DNA of 64,000 nucleotides from an uncultured Chlamydiae bacterium. GTDB lineage: Bacteria > Chlamydiota > Chlamydiia > Chlamydiales > SM23-39. The notes beneath the pieces are model-generated. The model saw only the letters and a program-made list of their open reading frames with translations, searched no databases and had not been told where the DNA came from. Location: the NCBI GenBank assembly GCA_963828125.1, contig CAWHDP010000002.1:928001-992000 (forward strand), given 5' to 3'. A program made the translations under genes and the position numbers. Every line of letters begins with the position of its first letter. Within the stretch, counting starts at the first letter, position 1. Of this stretch, positions 59,829 through 64,000 are shown piece after piece.

Positions 59829-60305
59829 ATGTGTAAATGTAAAACAAGTTGTTCCACATATCGATGCGATTGTCTAAAAAACGGTCAAGGATGTACTGAG
59901 AAATGTCGTTGTGTTAATTGCCATAACCCTCTGAATGGACAAGACACGGAACATCTGGCATTGTGTGCTATACAAAATATTCGTATCGTCAAAGACCTTA
60001 AAGATAAAGAATTATCCAAAGAAATACTACTGCCGTGTGAATGCGAAAGCGTTCCCTTGAAATCCTTGCTGGGAGAATATGACTGTTCTAAATGCCAAGA
60101 AACTTATTGGTTTTCTTTTTGCTGGAACGATGTAGCTGCAGACAATTGTAGTTGGCATTGTGAGATTTGCAAAACATGTAGAGATTGGAGAGAGTGGCAT
60201 TGTGACAAATGCAATAGGTGTACTTATGGTGTGTCACTTCCTTGTGAACATTGCGGCAAAAGGGTCCATATGCAGATTGGTAACCGAGTCCCATTTCTGG
60301 AGTGA
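59829..60305 (+). CDS. Cys-rich zinc-finger protein with CXC/TCR-like N-terminus
   Basis: [55 protein letters not shown]. Confidence 0.8.
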   Translation: MCKCKTSCSTYRCDCLKNGQGCTEKCRCVNCHNPLNGQDTEHLALCAIQNIRIVKDLKDKELSKEILLPCECESVPLKSLLGEYDCSKCQETYWFSFCWNDVAADNCSWHCEICKTCRDWREWHCDKCNRCTYGVSLPCEHCGKRVHMQIGNRVPFLE

Positions 60306-60998
60306 TTACCTCAATTTTATGAGCACTTGCATTTTGATTGATGCTAATCATATAAGACCAATGAGAAAGCCCATTCGTAGTAGAACCCGCGTTCATCTGC
60401 ATGACAAATTGATAGCTGCCTTGTAAATTAACAAATGTTCCTATTCCGTTGACCAAATCTGTATTAGAGATAGATCCTGAAGGAATAAACGTTATATAAA
60501 CGGCTCCGCCACTTGTAACTGTACCTAGTATTTTTTTCTGAGTATATGTTGTAGAACCGGAATCGATCACGGCTGTATACGCGTTTCCAAAAAAATAACC
60601 GTCAGCATAATCATCAATCATCCATACCGTTTGATCCGTTACTGGCGTATAGGATGATGGGGAATATTCATAAGCTGGTAAAGTAGACGGGGGTACAATC
60701 CAAATAGTGTTTTTTATTAAATTTTCGAAATTGTTCTGATAATCTTGAGAAAATAGTAAATTGGCAAGAACGATCAAAATCACAGAAATTGTCTTCATAG
60801 CTTTCTCGTTTTAGGATGTCAAATACTCAAAAAATCTCACTCATTCAAATAGTCTCCCCTTTTGGCACGAAGTTGTATTACTGTACTTTCATCTTCAGCA
60901 GCATAGAGTATGATTTCTCCATTTCCTATATATTAGCCCTTAGGTTTCTTTGCTAGAAGAAACATGTTATGAGAAATGTTGAATCTTTTCCAGTCAAA

Positions 60999-61250
60999 AA
61001 TTGCAAGTCTGCGTCGCCCAGAGTTAAAATGGCTTAATGTTAAAGCTCTTGCTGCGATTTTCATTTTACAGCATATGCTGACCACGTAGCAGCTCCAGTT
61101 CTGCAAGCACAAAAGGCGCTCAAAATTGTCTTTGTAAACCCCATTTTAGGATTCTTCAAAAAAAAAGACAGAAAATGCCCCAGCTGCAGCCATAAATGGA
61201 CCAGTCACGAAGAAAAAGAGACTGATGTAAATATTGCTTCTTACTTATCA
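60999..61250 (+). pseudogene. Third NYN-domain remnant
   Basis: Near-identical inverted match to ~50130-50315 with deletions; continues ...KCPSCSHKWTSHEEKETDVNIA. Confidence 0.8.
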
Positions 61251-61270
61251 GTTTTGTTATCATCAAGGCC

Positions 61271-62416
61271 ATGACAGCTACTGCAGTAAGGGTTCGTCCC
61301 ACAATAACTTCTACGCCGTTTTGCGATACAAGTTGTAAAGGCATACGGGTGTTTGGCCAATTCTTGGGACGAATCCTCTACGCTTTGGGCCTACTGATCG
61401 CCTCCGTAGCATACCGAATTTTCAGTAGAGATATTGCTTGTACATACTTTTCGATGGCAAGCACCCAGTTTAATCGAGGAAGCAATGCACTCGTAACATA
61501 CTGTCAGTTTGGAGAGAAGCTTATTGATTTTTCGTATAACGGGTGCGTGATCGCCCCCTCTTCAGACACAGAACAAAATGCTCTTCGGGCCCGCTATGGC
61601 TCGAATGCGATCGATCAGTGGTTGCGGATTGGGACCAAAGAGATCCCTCTCAAGCCGGAAAAGTTAAAGCGCGTGGAAACAGGAATTTGTTTAGGGATGA
61701 CTTTGGACTTTTTGAAGCAATATCTCCAACAGATGCAAGCGGGTGTGTCGCCGATGGAAGCGATCCGCGAAATCAGTTCGCGGTATGTAACTGGAGCCCC
61801 CGATCAAGCTCAACTCGCGCAAATTTTCTACTCTGCCTTAGATTCAACCCATGTGATCGAAAAGGAATGGGCTCATTTGGATGCGTCCATGGAAGGGCAG
61901 CGAACAGATACTCTTCGGTGGTTTGATCAGCAACGAGAGCAAATCCGTGCTCTTTCAAGAGAACAAATCCTTGAAAGACTAACCCAGGTACAGACCCAAT
62001 GCAACGAACGGTTGAACAACTTTCGTGTCGATGCTCTTTCCAAGAAGATAGTAGCCATAGCTCGGATTGAAACGCAGCGTGACGAAATCGCGAGCAATCA
62101 GTTCGGTCTTCAAATGGGATCTGCACGGATCTATGCCCATGAAGAAATATCTGCGGAATACGATGTTGAGTTCAGTCAGTTTCTTGAGGAGCTTCCAAAC
62201 GGTTGTTATGCGGGAGGATTCCGGGCTAAGGGATGCGCACATGCTGTCACCTTAATTAAATCATCGGATAGCCAATATTTTCTCTTTGATCCGAATTTTG
62301 GGACGCTGGTTTTTAAGAAAAATGAAATTGCAGAGAAATTATGGAACATTGGAAAGTCTTTCTATCTCAAAAATGGGTTATGCAGCCTCAGTTTTTCCTC
62401 TTGTAGGTTACAGTAA
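61271..62416 (+). CDS. YopT/C58-like cysteine protease, candidate T3SS effector
   Basis: GICLGM (Cys); AHAVTL (His); FLFDPNFG (Asp); no Sec signal. Confidence 0.8.
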   Translation: MTATAVRVRPTITSTPFCDTSCKGIRVFGQFLGRILYALGLLIASVAYRIFSRDIACTYFSMASTQFNRGSNALVTYCQFGEKLIDFSYNGCVIAPSSDTEQNALRARYGSNAIDQWLRIGTKEIPLKPEKLKRVETGICLGMTLDFLKQYLQQMQAGVSPMEAIREISSRYVTGAPDQAQLAQIFYSALDSTHVIEKEWAHLDASMEGQRTDTLRWFDQQREQIRALSREQILERLTQVQTQCNERLNNFRVDALSKKIVAIARIETQRDEIASNQFGLQMGSARIYAHEEISAEYDVEFSQFLEELPNGCYAGGFRAKGCAHAVTLIKSSDSQYFLFDPNFGTLVFKKNEIAEKLWNIGKSFYLKNGLCSLSFSSCRLQ

Positions 62417-62649
62417 GATTCTTTCTCCATTTCTCGTGTCTTCTTTATCTGGATTAAAAAAAATGCTTCAACGGATCGGCTTCAAAGATTATGTCATCAG
62501 CTTCGGCGATAACTATTTGCTTCGGAGCATCATGAAGGTGCTGGGAGACAAGGGATTTCTGCCGCACCTTAACAGAAAATAACACCACTCCTCTAGCCCG
62601 CATTTCATAATCTTGTATAAAATTACAGCCATCGATTAATCTCGCAAGC

Positions 62650-64000
62650 ATGATCAAAAAAATGTTTGTCCTCCTCTGTTTTATCCTGGAAACAACAGCG
62701 CTCTCTTTCCCCACTTATGTCACTGACGGCACGAATTCTTCTCCTCCCGGAACCGTCTATTCTATTGACACATCGACGGACAGCGCAACAAATACGGTAT
62801 CCAACTCTTTGAGTCCCCCTTTTAGCAGGCCTCTCGGAGTGGCCATGAGTCCGGAAGGCACTTTTGCCTACGTCAGCGACTGGAATACCAGTCAAATATA
62901 CTACATAGACGTCCCGTCTAATACAGCCACTCAACTGGTATCCGGTGACTTTTCTAATCCAAATGGAATCGCCATTTCTTCCGATAGCACTTTTGCTTAC
63001 TTGGCAGATTATGGAAATGGAACTGTGTATCGCATCGATGTTGCGACAAATAGCGCAACACCGGCCACGAATACCTTTGGTGGTTTTAACGGCCCTGTTG
63101 TGCCAGCCATCAGCTTGGACGCAACATTTGCTTACGTGACAAATATCTCTACGCCAGCCGTATTTCGAATTGATCCAACAACAAATGCAGCTACTGCACA
63201 AGTCGAAGGGAGCTTTCAATTTCCGATCGGAATTACGATCGCCGCGGATGGAACTAAAGCCTATGTCGCCGACAGTATCGCGGCCGCCGTTTTTTCTATC
63301 GATACACAAACAAATATAGCGACAGAATATGCATCCTCCTATTTCCAAACCCCCTATGGAGTTGTCGCCAGCACCGATGGAAAAACCCTCTACATCGCAG
63401 ATCCCGGGGCGGAGTCGGTATTTTACTTCGACGTCACAACCAACCAAGTCACTCGGCAAATCGATATCTCTTACACAGCCCCTGACTGGGCCATTTCCCC
63501 TATCGCGATGAGCCCCGATGGCGCTTCATTGTATGTTGCAGGGGGAAATGCTGCAAATATCTGGCACATTGACATAGATTCTGGCTCAGCAACTCAAGTA
63601 ATGAATGCCACAATGACCCCCTATAGCTCCCCCACCGCCGTAGCCACTCGCCCCCCTCTTATTTCCACTAATAATCTAAACGGCAATAACTTGCGGACAG
63701 CCGATTATCTCAACGTCAACGAACCTTATATTATCCTCCGCCAAATTGTCCCCTTTCAGGGTTCAACGTTAAATCGGATCTTGGAGATGATCGCCCCCGC
63801 ACGAAACGCTTTCGCGACTTTCGCTTCACAAATCGCGCAAGTAGGTATGAGTCGGCTCGTGAACGATCATCAACGGCAAAATCGATGGAAAGCGGAGAAC
63901 ACGGCAATCCCTCTTGTCGCCTCAAATGACTTGATATCGAACGGCTCTCAAGGAACCCGGTCTACAAAGAATCAGAACGTTAGTTGTTCTACAGCTTCTC
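62650..64000 (+). CDS. YncE/YVTN beta-propeller surface protein, probably an autotransporter; runs off window; missing from ORF track
   Basis: Signal peptide MIKKMFVLLCFIL; repeats P.G.A.SPDG..AYV; no stop seen in the stretches translated, including the last 340 nt. Confidence 0.85.
   Translation, partial: MIKKMFVLLCFILETTALSFPTYVTDGTNSSPPGTVYSIDTSTDSATNTVSNSLSPPFSRPLGVAMSPEGTFAYVSDWNTSQIYYIDVPSNTATQLVSGDFSNPNGIAISSDSTFAYLADYGNGTVYRIDVATNSATPATNTFGGFNGPVVPAISLDATFAYVTNISTPAVFRIDPTTNAATAQVEGSFQFPIGITIAADGTKAYVADSIAAAVFSIDTQTNIATEYASSYFQTPYGVVASTDGKTLYIADPGAESVFYFDVTTNQVTRQIDISYTAPDWAISPIAMSPDGASLYVAGGNAANIWHIDIDSGSATQVMNATMTPYSSPTAVATRPPLISTNNLNGNNLRTADYLNVNEPYIILRQIVPFQGSTLNRILEMIAPARNAFATFASQIAQVGMSRLVNDHQRQNRWKAENTAIPLVASNDLISNGSQGTRSTKNQNVSCSTAS

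Larger units (their letters stand above)
57716..60330 (+). mobile_element. IS66-family element with passenger gene
   Basis: IRs GCAA(C/G)TGCTCATAAAA(C/T)TGAGGTAATCAC(C/T)CC; 8-bp TSD ATTTTGAT (57708-57715, 60331-60338). Confidence 0.9.
57642..60798 (-). pseudogene. Exported protein gene split by IS66
   Basis: N-part MKTISVILIVL...HWSYMISINQN; removing the IS and one TSD continues in frame as SPYYYNLPGVGQSLPDFLSNF* (stop 57642-57644). Confidence 0.85.

Noticed and set aside
60088..60330. C-terminus of the 236-aa minus-strand ORF
   Set aside because: Read-through into the IS66 end; the true C-terminus lies at 57642-57715
62623..63459. 278-aa minus-strand ORF
   Set aside because: Antisense shadow of the plus-strand beta-propeller CDS starting at 62650

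Overview
The window looks like an environmental Chlamydiae chromosome. This rests on the gene order yebC-GNAT-prfB-SWIB-ispD-truA-HAD, the ileS-ssrA pairing, Lpg1974-like barrels and a DUF687-like RHS tip. Bases 1-21.5 kb are mostly housekeeping genes plus Inc-like candidate effectors. From the tmRNA (21671-22038) to the window end lies a visibly more AT-rich mosaic island. It opens with a satellite/IME-like element (tyrosine integrase, xis-like gene, P-loop replication protein, iteron ori, HGG-motif protein). It then carries a 2818-aa signal-peptide RHS toxin with a lipoprotein immunity candidate, a sulfatase with beta-barrel genes, TA-like pairs, a YopT-like protease, three complete IS elements with target duplications, group II intron 3' remnants and MITEs. 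Three observations stand out. (1) NYN ribonuclease genes are each preceded by a short structured leader ending in the same GCCACGGG/YCCGTGGT hairpin, a candidate RNA-antitoxin system. (2) Six intergenic TGCGTAA-N4-TGCGTAA sites and two INVERTED tmRNA 3'-end copies punctuate the island into cassette-like units. (3) An IS66 carries a eukaryote-type CXC zinc-finger passenger gene. All family assignments come from motif recognition by eye; no database searches were run.
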